A stretch of DNA of 64,000 bases from Picochlorum sp. SENEW3 (Eukaryota): the NCBI GenBank assembly GCA_034226945.1, contig CP120457.1, positions 806,001-870,000 of the forward strand, read 5' to 3'. Positions 12,197 through 25,625 of this stretch are shown here, one piece after another. Position numbers and translations under genes: made by a program. Position 1 is the stretch's first letter; the number at the start of each line of letters is the position of its first letter. The notes under the pieces are model-generated. The model did not search any database and was not told the origin of the DNA. It was given only the letters and a program-made list of their open reading frames with translations.

Positions 12197-13134
12197 ATGG
12201 CTCTGCAACCTAAATATGGTATTAGCACCATTACTAAAAGTGGTCCATTTTTGAAATTGCGCCACAATCGGATCAAATCTGACAGACTGAGAGTTTTCAG
12301 CGGTGGTGAGCCAGGCAATGATCTGGGTAGTCCCTCGCCAAAGAATGGAAAAGTGTGGCCAACAAGGCTTCTCAGCGATAAATCTCTTAGGAATGAATGG
12401 CTAGGTCTACTGATAACCGTTGGGCTGACAAGTACAGTAAAATTTGTTCGAGAGGTATGATGGCTCTATTGAAATGATAAGTATTTTTTGGTTTTTTCTT
12501 GGTGTGACGTTCATGATACTTTGATTTGCAGGTGGCCGTGGGTTACACACAGAGAGATACATCTGATTCAAAGGATACTTCCGTCTTGGACGTTCACTCG
12601 GATAGTTTGGAAAATACAGTATTTGATGAGGCCTCTAATGATTTAAACAAAGATAGACAAGAAGAAATTCAAGCAACCAGTGAGAACAGCTCGTCGATTG
12701 ATGGTTCGTCAGTGAAATTAAAAGATGATGTAGTTGAAAATTCTCAAGACATCAGTATTCAAAAGGCTATGATCAATAAAGGTCATATTAGTATGCTTTC
12801 AGCACCTCTGTCTTCAGAGGAAATGTCCCAAAGGATTGAAAGAAATAGAAGACTGCGGAGTGAAATGTCATCAAAAGCAACAAGCTATCGCCAAGCACTG
12901 TCTCTGGGCTCTGACTTCGGGTATGGAAATAGTGATGGGGGTGATACCAGCGGTGGTAGTGGCGGCGGTGGTGGTGGTAGTGGCAATGGTGGCAGCAACA
13001 GTGATGATGATGACAATGAGACGAACAGGAACTTCATTTTCCAAATGCTGGGCATGTTCGCTATTATAAGCCTTGTTGGAGTGTTTGTAACCACGAGGGA
13101 TCGCGAAGAGGAGCCTGGAAATGAGAGTGGTTGA
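12197..13134 (+). CDS. Hypothetical protein, probably plastid-targeted, with two hydrophobic segments and a Gly/Ser/Asp-rich linker, 2 exons
   Basis: Transit-peptide-like N-terminus; GT..AG intron joins the 12197 and 12526 ORFs in frame; poly-Gly tract before the C-terminal TM. Confidence 0.6.
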
Positions 13135-13304
13135 TCTGTACGGTCAGAACCGGTGCCATCATGGCACTAAGATTGCCAGCGCTGAATCTGACGTGGCCTC
13201 CGCATAACAGGGCACCGGTCCTCTTTCGTTCGCGGATCCACCATTTGGCTGAATAGCAGTTCTGAGTAATTATTCTTTTTGATTGGGAAGGAAATAATGA
13301 AAAG

Positions 13305-14142
13305 ATGAAGGAGGAAATGGATGGGGAAGGGCCGCGAAACGCAGTTGAGATTCCTGACGTGGCGCAGGCAAGTGATGAAATGAGAAAGCATTGGGAGCAA
13401 ATTCAGGAAAATATGTTGAAAAGTTTCCCCAATACACTTCCTTTTGGAAATGGGGCAATGGCAGCTCCATTTCCGATGCCACCGGTGAGTCAAATATTTC
13501 ACTTCTGACGTCGTGGGAGATTCAGAATTCACCCCTGCTGAACCTTGACTCGTGATCGATATTCTGTGAATGCAGGCATTAATGCCACTTGCGATGATGC
13601 AAATGTCCAATTTAGCTTCGCTGTATTCCTCGGGACTGGTTGGAGGGGAAGTTCCCAGTGTCGAGCAGAAGACACAAACAGAAAATGCCACAAACAACAA
13701 TGATAAGACTCTCAGTGGCCTTAATCTCTTGGCATCGACGGTTGGACAACCCACTACGAATAATAACTTTCCTGGAATAAATAGCCCCCTGGTATCTGAA
13801 AAGTATTCAGGAGATGCGAAAACTGGCAAGTCAGATTCGCAGCAAGCAAAGAGGTCTAGATCATTAAGTCTCACACAAGATCAGGATGCAGAGATATATT
13901 TGGACGAAGCTACTATCGCTGGTATGGACGAGAAAGATATTAAAAAACTCAGGAGAAAACAGTCGAATAGAGAGAGTGCCCGACGATCTAGGTTGCGGAA
14001 ACAAGCTGAATGCGAACATCTTCAGAATGAGAATTTCACTCTGAAAGCAGAGGTTGACAGACTACGAAAAGAGCAAATTGAGCTCAAAACTACAATAACC
14101 GTACTGCAATCTCAGCTTTTGGAGCTGCGAAAGCACGCATGA
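13305..14142 (+). CDS. bZIP transcription factor (G-box-binding-factor-like), 2 exons
   Basis: [27 protein letters not shown] basic region with leucine zipper; Pro-rich N-terminus. Confidence 0.92.
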
Positions 14143-14214
14143 ATTTACAAGGGTTGGAATGCCAATATGCAAATAGAATGGTCAGATATTTGCACAGTAG
14201 TAAGTCAGACTATC

Positions 14215-15819
14215 TCAACTGCTTGCATTCTTGGAGGACTTTGCGACAGTTTGCATCAAACTCTTCGGATAATTATAGATTGTTCTCAAGCTGCTTGCAA
14301 TATTTTGGATGTCTTCCGCAAAATCTTCAGAAGAATCATAGCTCAGAAGACGAAGGACTATTGTTATCTCAACACCCAGAACACCGACAAATCGCAGTAC
14401 CTCATGGAAATGTAATATAGCAAAAATCACCGTACCTAAGCCACCAATGCCAGCAAAAGCGTAAGCTGGATTCTTGGCGATGGATTTGGTTTCTTCCGTC
14501 AATGTCTCTGCCCTATCTGCAGCTATAGCAAGTGGCCCATCTTCGTAAAACTCCCTACCATCAATCTTGAAACCCTGGCGCCGATATTTCGCAAAGCCAC
14601 CATCCATGATGTAAACTTTTCTAACACCTGCTTTGTAGCAGGCTCTAGAAACATCCTTTGAGATTTTTCCATTGCTATCCATCACAATAACAATCGTATC
14701 TCTGGATATCTTTGAAATGGATTTGATCTGTTCGGCTAAAATATCGGTTAGTAACATCTGACTGTTCGAAACTTGCCGAAGGATAGATAATGATAGAGTG
14801 GGATAAGGAATAGCAACACCTTTCCCTCGTGCACCAAGTTTTAGAAGGGGAACTCCATTCTCCATTCGATTTCTTTCATCTCTGATGTCGACGAGAACTG
14901 CATCTTTGTTTTGCAGAATATCCATGGCCTGTTCGGGCTGGAAAACTCCACTGTACCCACCATAAATAAAGGAGTAGCTAATGATTATCGACACGCCCAA
15001 AATGATTGAGATCACTAAAGCATATCCATCAGGATTTTGACTGTATGCATCCAGAGCTCTGTCTACTGCTGAGAAAGCACTGGTCAATGTATCCCTTGCT
15101 TCTGGGGGCACTTGATCCAACAAGGAATCTTGAGCTTTTTTAAGAGAATTAGAGATCTCATCGATGTCTTTTCCGGCCTCCAACTCGATCTGCTGGGCAA
15201 GCTGTCCCAAGTTTGATTGAATTGTGTCTACAGCTGAAGTCAACTGAACGGAGGTTGACGAGCCGGCTGAAACTATCTCAGTCTCGATGTTTGATATCCC
15301 GCCAGATATTTTGTTCAGAATATCAGAGATTGCTTTGTTGGCCGTATCCAAGTCCAGAGAGTCTTTCAAATTGAGAAATGCATCTTGGTTTGCAGACACA
15401 TCTGATACTTTCTCCGCTGGCGACAGGAGTGTCTCTTTAAGTCCAGCCATCTTCTGTCTTGTATCTTCAATCGACTCTATCAACTCTCCACCCTCCTCAC
15501 GAGCCAAAATCTCTGTTCCAGGAACTACTGACATGTCCGGGTTTTGGCCAGCCAGCGTTCTCCTTGGTCGATAGTCCCCAGGAGAGACCTTTCTGCCCAG
15601 TCTAGAGTCATGGAAAACATTTGGTTTTCTAACCTGTAAAGCACGGTAACAGATCACATCCATGTATCCCACTCAACGACGAGGAAACCAAACTACATGG
15701 ACTAGCAGGGAGAGAAAGGGCAGGTACCTCGTATCATCCGCATTGAACGTAGGAAGTCACGCAAATTCGAAAGAGAATTGGTATCATACCTTTCCGAGAG
15801 TGAGGCTACGACTCATCAT
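14215..15819 (-). CDS. Thylakoid rhodanese-like domain protein (CAS/calcium-sensing-receptor related), 2 exons
   Basis: TM followed by YGGYSG..VLVDIRDE..GVPLL and VYIMDGGF rhodanese fold. First exon MMSRSLTLGK (15819-15790) splices in frame to VRKPNV. Confidence 0.8.
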
Positions 15820-16144
15820 GCGAAAAATAAATCAGATAAGTAGAGCTAAACAGGATAAAACGTCGAACCCAAATGTATTGATCCGCGAATACGTGAGACT
15901 CGCGGAATAATTGACTATTAGTTTCTTTCAACACATCACAATACCATTGAGTCTCCTTCAGTCACAGTTGGTGGGATAGTTTTGAATGCCAAAAAAAGAT
16001 TGTGCTTGCGATTTCCCACAAGCCAACCGTGGTTGATGGGATAGATATCTAGGAGCGCTCTGGCCTCTGATTTGACCGATCGAACTGGCGAAATTTTGTG
16101 TCTTCCTGAGGCCTTCTTTGCAGAATTCTGCATCAAGAAGGAAC

Positions 16145-17695
16145 ATGTTGAGTGTTCGTCCTTTGTCAGATTTGGATCAAATTAAATATTCTGAGATTTG
16201 GAAGCTTGATTTGCGTCACATTGTTGCCATGCCACAAGTCACTTGGGGAACCTGTCAGAAAGTTTATGAGGTATTGGTTCCGGGATCGAAATATTCAAGT
16301 GATAAAGCAGCACAATTAGCATCTATCATGCGAAAATTTTCTGATGAACTCCTCCAGCAATCTCAAGAAACGCGGAGGCGTGGACCAGGTGAGGGAAGGG
16401 AAACAACTGCTTAGTAGTGGCCCAACAGACACCGTTAATCATTGTAACTGCTGAGATTCCTGATCGATTCGTAGTTCTTGCAGACGATAAGAAATCACAA
16501 CGAGATATTGATTTTTCCAAGTACCAGAAGCGGCATATCGCTCTGGATATTGCTTACCAAGGTTTTGAATACCATGGATTTGCAAGGCAGGATGGGATAA
16601 ACAAGACCATTGAAGAGGAATTGTTCTCAGCTATGCGTAAAACAAGACTGATTCCCAGTGGGATGACATGGAAAGAATTATCCTATTCTAGAGGTGGAAG
16701 GACAGACAAAGGAGTTAGCGCAGCGGGGCAAGTCATCGCCTTGGAGGTCAGGTCAAGAGCACTGTTGGGTGAGGGCTCCATCGCAGAAGAAATGGAGTTC
16801 GATTATCCGGCAATTCTTAATAAGGTACTCAACCCGGAAATACGTGTTCTAGGGTGGAAAACTGTCGAGCCATCTTTTAGTGCTAGATTTAGTGCCAGGA
16901 GCAGGGAATATAAGTATTTCTTCATTGAGGAAAACCGAGAGTTGGATGTTCCTGCAATGCAGAAAGCAGCGACATATTTAGTTGGCGAGCATGATTTTCG
17001 TAACTTTTGCAAGGCTGATATTCCAACAGTTTCAAACTTTGTACGGAAGATATTGTCGGCCTCCCTTCACAGAACAAGCTCATTGAAACTGGGAAATTTT
17101 ACAGGTGTTGAACTTCATATAGAAGGGACAGCATTTCTCTGGCACCAGGTCTGTGTGATACTTATGATGAAGTCACATAATGATCACAATATTGTCAACT
17201 ATTTCTTCTTACTCTGTAGATAAGGTGCATTGCCGCAGTTCTTCATGCGGTTGGGAAAGGATTGGAGCCTCCAGAAGTTGTACGAGACCTCCTGGACACG
17301 AAAACAAACGATAGAAAGCCGCAATATTCGATGGCTTCAGAACAACCGTTGCTGCTCAATCAGTGTTCATACGAAGGACTGTGCTTCAATAGATCCGAGC
17401 AAGTAGCATCATTGGTGAATAAGGAGATGTCAATGGAAATTTCGAGGTGAGTCCCTTTGTAAAGCTTACTGAATACCATGGCCATTCAGCTGACTCTGGA
17501 TGTTTGTTCGTATGTAGACTTCTTAGCAGAGCTCTTCTACTTGTTAGAATGCGTGAAAGAGTTATGAATGCTCCCATCACGAACCATTCAAAAACTATGG
17601 GTTCGAAAAAGCCGCATAATTACATCCCTCTATTGAAAAGAATGAGGGAACCCAGCATCGAGGAGAGGCTTTTGCGCTATCAGCACTTGTCTTAA
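16145..17695 (+). CDS. PUS3: tRNA pseudouridine synthase, TruA family (Pus3/Deg1-like), 4 exons; start uncertain
   Basis: RHIALDIAYQGFEYHGFARQ, YSRGGRTDKGVSA, FSARFSARSREYKYFF, GEHDFRNFCK, GTAFLWHQIR. Confidence 0.92.
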
Positions 17696-17756
17696 ATATG
17701 TAAAGCCATTTGCCTTCATCTTCTTTATAATGATTGTTCGCTATTAAAATTCGTCT

Positions 17757-20700
17757 ATGGAGCGGCTCCTCGAAGCCGTCCTAGGGTCCATCCTTCGAGA
17801 CTACGTGCATTCGTCAAAAGAAACTGAGAGTGGTGCCTTCAAAGCTTCGTGGACTGCTCGCGGCATCTCGCTGCACGACATTAATCTCAATATCAATAAA
17901 ATCAATTTGCCAAGGGTGAATTTACGAAAGGCAACTGCAAAGTCTCTTGAAGTGAAAATTCCCTGGGCTTCCTTAGCAACACAGGCCATTGAGGTATGGG
18001 TTTGAGTTTTCCATAGATTCGTCGTCCCATTTGTCTCCGATGCGATGTTATAACCTAATGCACTGGATTGAATTATCAGGTACACATAGTGGGCGTTGAA
18101 TTGACAGCAGATCGAGACGTGACAGTTTCAAAGTCTGTTGAAGTTCCATTAGCAAAGCCATGGGACAACTGGCCAGATCCATCAGATTGTAGGAATTCAT
18201 CGAGTAGTGGTGACTCTGGCGGTGGTTGGGTTGGTGAAAGTATTCAATCTAGATTGCTGCGAACTGCACTTCAGATCTCTGTTTTTATTGATGGAGTATC
18301 AATTGCTGTCCATGATGGGCCTGACAGCTTGACTTGCCAAGTTGGCTCTTTTAGTTTGACCAACCTGGTGCTCGACGAATTACTGGATTTTGTGAAGAAT
18401 CCTAGATGCTGGTTCAATAAGGGCTTGTGTCTTCGAAGTGCAGATATTGTGTGGAATAAGTCAGGCACTTTGGTTGCAAGATTGTCTGTGGACTCTATCC
18501 AGATTTCAGCACTGCTGCCTTCACGTCTTTTCATCTCGACTGACAAGCATGAGGACCAGTTTCTAATCCCACTGGGTGTGGAAGTCTCATCCATTGACTT
18601 GGATCTTTTTGATGGATTCTTTGAAGCTTTCGGAGAGAAGATCCAGGCTGCAGGCAAGCAGAATGGAAACATCATGAATGATTCTGATCATGGTTACTTC
18701 CAATCCTTCTCGTCAATCATGAATTATAATGGAATAGCGTGGGCTTTAGACTGGGGTCTGAGCATCTTGACAATCAAAGTAAATGTACACATTGGTGATT
18801 TGCATCAAGATGGGTTTGCTTTGCCAGATAAGAATTTGCTGACAATACTGTTTCAGAACATCATTCACCGTTGCAGTCTAGAAGGAAGAAATACCGAGAT
18901 GTTATTTGCACTGGGCTCGACATCGATGAGATTTCATGATAGGAAGAGAGACAAGGCCTACAGTATATTTTCAGCCATCCCATTCCATGATCCTGAAACT
19001 GAGCATGCCATCACTGCAACTATTCGATCAGACCCATTCGAAGAAACCATTTTAAAACTCAACTGCACGAAAATTGATGTGAACATTCCATGGGAATGTG
19101 AAGCATACGGCATGCATATCATGAATACTCTGAGGGATGAATTTCCAGCATCCTCGAGGGAATCTCAAGATGAAAGGCCCTCAGTTGCTCGTAAGCTCTT
19201 CTCTGAAGTCGCAGTTGAAATACATGATCTAGATATTGGTATTTCAAATCAAGATGATAGGTTGTCACTCGTTCTGAAAAATGTGCATGTGAGCAGAGAC
19301 ATGAGTGAAAGTGTGAATGCTGCTGCCTATTTAATTTTTGCCCATCTCTCTAGTTCGTCGGATAGAGGAACAGTCACAGAGAAGATATCTAATTCAGTCC
19401 ATTTTTGCTTTGAAGTGACTTCTGATGGTTGGAAATATTCATGGGATCCTTTAAGAATTTGCGTGAAAACTGGTTCAGCCTTGGCACGGTTGACCTCCTG
19501 CTTGACAGGGAATCAAAATTGTCGCAAGTTCCCATCGCTGCCTGTTTCGATCAAACTCGAGATCGGTTCTGATGAATTTACATCTAATGCTTGGGGAAAC
19601 GATGATCAGATGAGTGTCTCTTCAACAATGGACTTGACTCTTGGCATTGATGATCAAGCACTGTCTTTTCATTCGAGTTTTGATATTGAAAAAGCAGACG
19701 ACGTTATGTCGATATTTTTGAGCGCTTCTGAGATTGACTTGGTTAAGTCTTTCAGTGATCATCAGAGGAGCATATTGCGCATCTTTTTGAGTGACGTGAT
19801 CTTGAGACACAGCAAGGCATCCAAATCATGCCTTCTAGGGTGCATTGCAATTGATGCTCTAGCCATATCTTCGGACTTCTCTTCGATGTTCCTCATATTC
19901 GAGTATCTTTCTCTATATTATAGCCAGAATTCACCACCTTCGGGAAAAGAGTCGACGGGTAATCACAACCAGCATGAAAATTTCAGGGTTGAAACATTCT
20001 CGTTGACGCTGAGAAGCAGCAGCCAAAAGGATGCATTGTGCATTTGGCTGAGTGACGCGAGCTTCGTGAAAGAGCTCGATATAGAACATTTTCATATTCA
20101 AGATGGGGGAACACATCTCAAAAGGGGGCATAATGTGATCGAATGCCTTTCTTTTGCAAGGTTCGATTGATGCTTTTAAAGAATTGCACTTCATCTCAGG
20201 GTTTACACTATCCAGTTACAATGCAGGTCCAACCCATTATCTCCTATGACCAAAGCAACAATTAATTCTAGTAATTCAGGGAAAATTGATCGAGACTTGG
20301 AGGTTCTTGATCTCGAAATCAAGGTTTACCCTTGCATGCCAATCTTACTAGGTGAAGTGATAGCAATGAAGAACTGCTTGCAAAATACATGGAAGAATAT
20401 AACATTATCTATGAATCCCTCCAAGATCCGAAAGTCCCATTGCTCTATCCAGTCATCTATAATAGTTCGGATTAGATCTCTTGATGTATCTCTGCAGGAT
20501 GAATCAAGCAGTGCTGAGATCCAACTTGGGTTTCACTTAAGAGAAGTTTGTGTGCATTATATCCAGAAGAGTCTTATGAGCAAGCGATTCTGGCTTGACA
20601 GTATTTTAAATACTGAAAGCGATGCAAAATTGCTTGCTTGGATAGAATCAGGATCAGTTTCGACCTCAGGTAAGGTGACTAGGTTCCATTGTATTAGGAT

Positions 20701-23700
20701 TGAACGCTCCTCACATGATGTTGATTTTTAGGGAATTCTGGCCATGCTACCCCTCTAGTTTTGCCATTCTCACTCTTTCTGAGTGCATATACGTGGCCGA
20801 TTGGGAATAGAAAATTTATATCTGCTTCCACCTCTCATGTTGTGTTCCAAGTTCATGTCAACAGTTTGAAAGATATTTCATCCATGCTAAGATCGTATTC
20901 ATCCAGCAGCAAAATACATGACAACGAATATTGCCCAGATAATGAAATTCTCAAAATGTTTCACAGCGATGACGATCTTCGTTCGAGACCGTCTCTACAT
21001 TCAAGGACCTGTGATCGCAAAATTTTTGATGCTGAAGTAACAGTAGAAATCGTTGTCCATGACATCAGTGCACACTCATTCTCTTGGACATATCGCAATC
21101 CCAGGAGTGTCAATCGGTTGCACTTCAAGGTAACGGAATAAGCACTGTCGACCGATTGAGAGGTACAAATTTGCCAACGAATGCCATTTTTGACTTGTAG
21201 GAATTAGCCATCATGCCTGCTTTCATTGGGTCATGCTTCAAACTATCATGCATAGACCCACTCCAGGACAAGGAAGTTGTCATAGCAGCTTTTACGGTGG
21301 ATTCAACTGATTTTATGCTACGTTTGAAGACCGTGCAACCCAGTTGTGGATGGTGCCTATCCTGGGACAAGAAGATGGAAGAAGATGATTTGATTTTACT
21401 TTTGAAATCGATCTCCATTTTTTCCTCTGATGCCGATCTCAGACATTCTCCTCTCAACTGTTCGGTTTCATTCTCGTTTATAGCGCATAAAATAACCGCA
21501 ACGTTTCTTGCAATCAGCTGGCCATTTGGAGAATGTCTGGGTGGTCATGTAGGAGTGAATGTCCTATCAGAGTTCTCCTGGCTCGAGCCGAATATTTCCA
21601 TGACTTCGTATCATCAGCTAATAGAGATTTCAGGCTCAGGACAATTTTTCGTAGACTACACTGATCCGTTTGATTTCACCCCCTTGCGATTAATGGACTG
21701 TCCAGACTTGACTGTCAGCTATACATTCATGCTGCAAGACAGGGAGAGTTCATCACAGGACAATGGCGAGTCGCTTACCTGTGGTGCAATGGAAACTGTG
21801 GAGACTCACACTCTATGCCTTGATACTAAATCAGGAATCAATCTGATCACAACCAGATATGTGTTGTACGATCTCCAACATCTATGGAAACTGGCCTCAG
21901 AGGAGTTCCCCTTCTATCCCTTGAAAATCAGGAATAATTCGTCATCCCAGGTATCAATTAAGCAACTAGGGTGCTCTGAAGAGATCAGATTAGGGAGAAA
22001 TGGTGATAAATGGTATCCACTGCGTCACAATAAACCGAAATTCCTCCAGTTTTCATGCCAATCCCAGTCAAAGACTACCTGGTCCAGAGGAGTCCATGTA
22101 CGTGTCCATGTTTTGCTCTTCAAGGTTTGAACCACGGAAATGAGTAATAGAGTATCGACTTAATGCAGATTTTGAAAGAACAATCTTTGCGCATAAACAT
22201 TCCCCCAACAGTGGTATTAAGTGTGAAGATTGTTCGAACTCATTCGGATGGGGTGATTGTGACTTTAAATGATGGGCTTCATCTCAAAAACTCGACAACC
22301 AAGCTCACATTCGTCCGCGTGAATGGTCAAGAACTGCGCTTAGATCCCGGCCAAAAGTGCTCTGTGCCGTCGACAGAATGCGAATTGATGATCAAGCTTA
22401 GCAATGGATGGTCAAACAGATTTTGTTTGGACAGTGAATCCAAGGTACGTGTGCCTCCATGGAAATGATAATTTTATGAATGCACCTGGTTGCAAGCAGT
22501 AGACGCACATAATATGTATATATATGGTGGATGACTGAATGCTATCTGCGCAGATCGTGGAGGCTGAAAATCCCACAGAGACACTTGATATTGACACTTT
22601 CCCAACACCACCTGTGCTCATCAACAGTGGACGTTGTGCTTCGGACTGCGTCGATCATATTTGCTACCCAGTGACGTTAAAGAACTCGCTAGATCAAAAC
22701 TTGGCTATCTCTGGAAGGGCAGATACGGCAGAAACTCGAATACTGCTCAAAGAATCATCCATGGACTTGATTCTCAGAGAATCTGGTGGAAAGGTGTGCA
22801 CTTTGTCTCGAGAAGATCGACAAGCTAGAGAGGACTTCATCGGACTCTTCTGTCCTGGTTACGCTACAAAAGAAGGAGGCGACAGTAGAAATCAAATATC
22901 GCACCTCACACAATCAGAAATTTTGGCTCCTGCTCCAGGTCAGTGGACACGTCTATCACTTCCCCCAGAATATGTCGATAGGGATAGAAAGACCCCCACC
23001 AACGTGATTTTGCAATCATGCATCACACCGTACAACACATTAGAGCTGGAATTTTCGAACGAATTGTACCTTTGCAATACCACATGCAGAACTGTGAAAT
23101 TTTTGGTACGTAGTATTCTTCTACCTTTGTGTTCAAAGTAGTCGTATATTTCAAATCTTACTCGACTCTGTCACATATTCTTGCAGATGGATGGTGGTGA
23201 GGTTTTGGTACTCCCTTCCCAGACTTCAGGTATCAATGCACCGATGGCGAACGATCTTAGGGTGGCGATTAGTCTATCGCAGGACTCTGGCGATGTTTGG
23301 TACACAACTTCGACCATCGATGTTACTATGTCATCCCAGATGATTATCGATGCGACGGATCAGGATATCCAGGAGTCAGTGAAGCTATTTATTGATATTG
23401 ATATGGCCAGCCAATGTCCTTCAAAGATCGTGCTGAAACCTTTTTACTATATCACGAATTTGACCTCTTTCGTCCTCTCGCACGGCATTGAGAAGGTTTC
23501 TGAAACCGAGACGAAACCGCTGCTCTACCCACTGGACTTCAGGGATCAAACGATCAAAATCAAACAGATGAAGCACAAAAAAGATGGTAAAATGATCCTC
23601 GTTGGCTACCTGATGTTGCCACTACTAGAGAAGGATCGGCTTGATGGAAACACAGAAGGCCTCACTTGCAAGACGGTCCGAAAGCCCGACATGGTTCATT

Positions 23701-25577
23701 TCATTGTAATGTCAGACAGCACTGAATTCATGGTCAGGAACAAGCTGAACGTGCAACTTTGCATTGATGTACTCTCTAGAGACATGGAGATGTTGCGATC
23801 ATATCATTTAGAGGAAGATTCGCAGAAGACTCTGCACTTGGGGCACTCTGATGCATCAATACAAGTCAGAGTGAACGAAAGCAGTTTTACTGTCGACGCA
23901 GTTACAGAAATAGCAGTGGGCGAAGTAGTTCGATATCCGCACTTCCTGATTCGTCGCACAAATCTTCATTCCATTGAGATTCGCCACGTGGGGCGATCAT
24001 ACAAGCAAAAAGTATCGCGGTATTCTTTAAGATGTTCGCGATTTTCCATCCTACATCACAGCAGACCCCAGAACAGTGAGGAAGATCGCATTCTTCAATT
24101 GGAGATGCACGGCGTCTCGGTGAGCTTACAGACCAATGCAGCCTTGGAGACGTACTCAACCGACTTCAGGATTGACAACTATTTTATGCATTTAGAAGCG
24201 TTCTCGAGAAGAAGTAATATTATCACTTCAAAGTCACCTGCAGCGACCTTGAACTGTCAGGTAAGTCAATTCGCAGCTAGTGGCGCGATCTTCATACGAG
24301 TAGACCTCCACATTATCTATGCAGGGCTTTTTGACGGACATTCACAAGCATCACAAGATCGATGCTATCGAGGGGTCTCTTGGGACTCTCTTTGTTGCAA
24401 TCGACGATGCAACCATTGAAGCTTTACTTGATATCTGGGGCGATTTCCGAGTCGATGAGGTCCATTCCAGTCTCACGGATGATACTTTTGTCGAACTGCA
24501 AGATATAAGGAAGACCCCGGTTTGCATCCAGAAATTCATGCTGAAGCCCATCAATATTTTCCTCGACAGTCGTCTGTCAAGATCCGCGTGGCTACCCTTT
24601 GCTATCAATACGTCCAGGTATGAGTTGGTTGATTGAGAATTTTATTTCCTTGTGAATTCCCGATAAAGCATCATGTTATTGCAGAGCTCCGATCTCCGTC
24701 GCAGCTATATCGTACGAGGGGGAGAGGAGCGCATATGAGGTTGTCAGGCTCCTGCGTGAGGATGTTGGTGATAGCCTGTTTCGAAGTGCTCCCTATCTAT
24801 TAGGATCGCTGCAGCTTCTTTTTGATCCTGTTGGGATGTTCCGTTCACTGCGCAGGGGATTGTCAGGTATAGTCAATCTTCCTGTTGAGGGCATACGAAA
24901 AAAATCGCTTACTTCTTTTCTCTCTGGAGTGGGCCATGGATCGGCGAACTTTTTCAAGGAGATATCTGGTACGTTTTGATGCAGGGTATCGCATTGTCAA
25001 CATGCGTCTCATCGTCATTTGCATGTCTTCAGGTTGGAGTTACAGCACGGCAATAGGATTCTCGAAATCCATTGCAGATATTTTGCGAAAGAATCCATCT
25101 ATTACAGAGAGACAGAGTAGAAAAGAACAGGAGCTTATCGAAGAACCTGATGTGAGAATGTCCAGGCCACTTGTCTATGGTGTTCAGAACCTAGTCAATC
25201 TTTCTTCCAAACTCGGGACAGTTTTATGGTATCGGGACATTTTAGAAGCCAAGGTTTCGTTGAAGACAGATCCAAAGTTATCCATCAAGATTGTCTCTCC
25301 TGTGCTGCTCATTCACGACCAAGGCTTGGTTGTATTTGCACACTGGGGTACGACTGCAAGTTTCCAGATTCTGTCCACGTGCGACTCTCAGATTTGTGCG
25401 GTGAAGGGTACCCAAGAGATTATCATTGAGAGTGGGCATTGTACAACCTTTGGTGGCCATGAGAGCCAACAACAGTCTCGAGAATCTATAATCAGGCTGT
25501 GCATTGCCCCTGATGATTTTGAAACAGTATTGCTGATTTTCAAGGAGGTTTGGGAGGGACATAATTCGTCTACATAA
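17757..25577 (+). CDS. VPS13: VPS13-family (VPS13B-like) bridge lipid-transfer protein, divergent, multi-exon
   Basis: N-terminal chorein-like segment (ISLHDINLN..KSLEVKIPWASLATQAIEV) and a long beta-rich body. C-terminal LLGSLQLLFDPVGMFRSLRRGLSGIVNLPVEG..FLSGVGHG (~24790-24960). Same-strand ORFs are linked by GT..AG introns. Confidence 0.75.
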
Positions 25578-25625
25578 TTGATAAATGCATATTAATGTAC
25601 AAGATGACATTCAAAATTTTGTTCG

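Noticed and set aside
13167..13874. 235-aa minus-strand ORF
   Set aside because: Antisense shadow of the bZIP gene with no recognisable motif; the same applies to most short ORFs overlapping assigned genes
17757..25577. Frame breaks in VPS13 (and UPL3, ceramidase) as pseudogenisation or recoding
   Set aside because: The breaks I examined coincide with canonical short GT..AG introns
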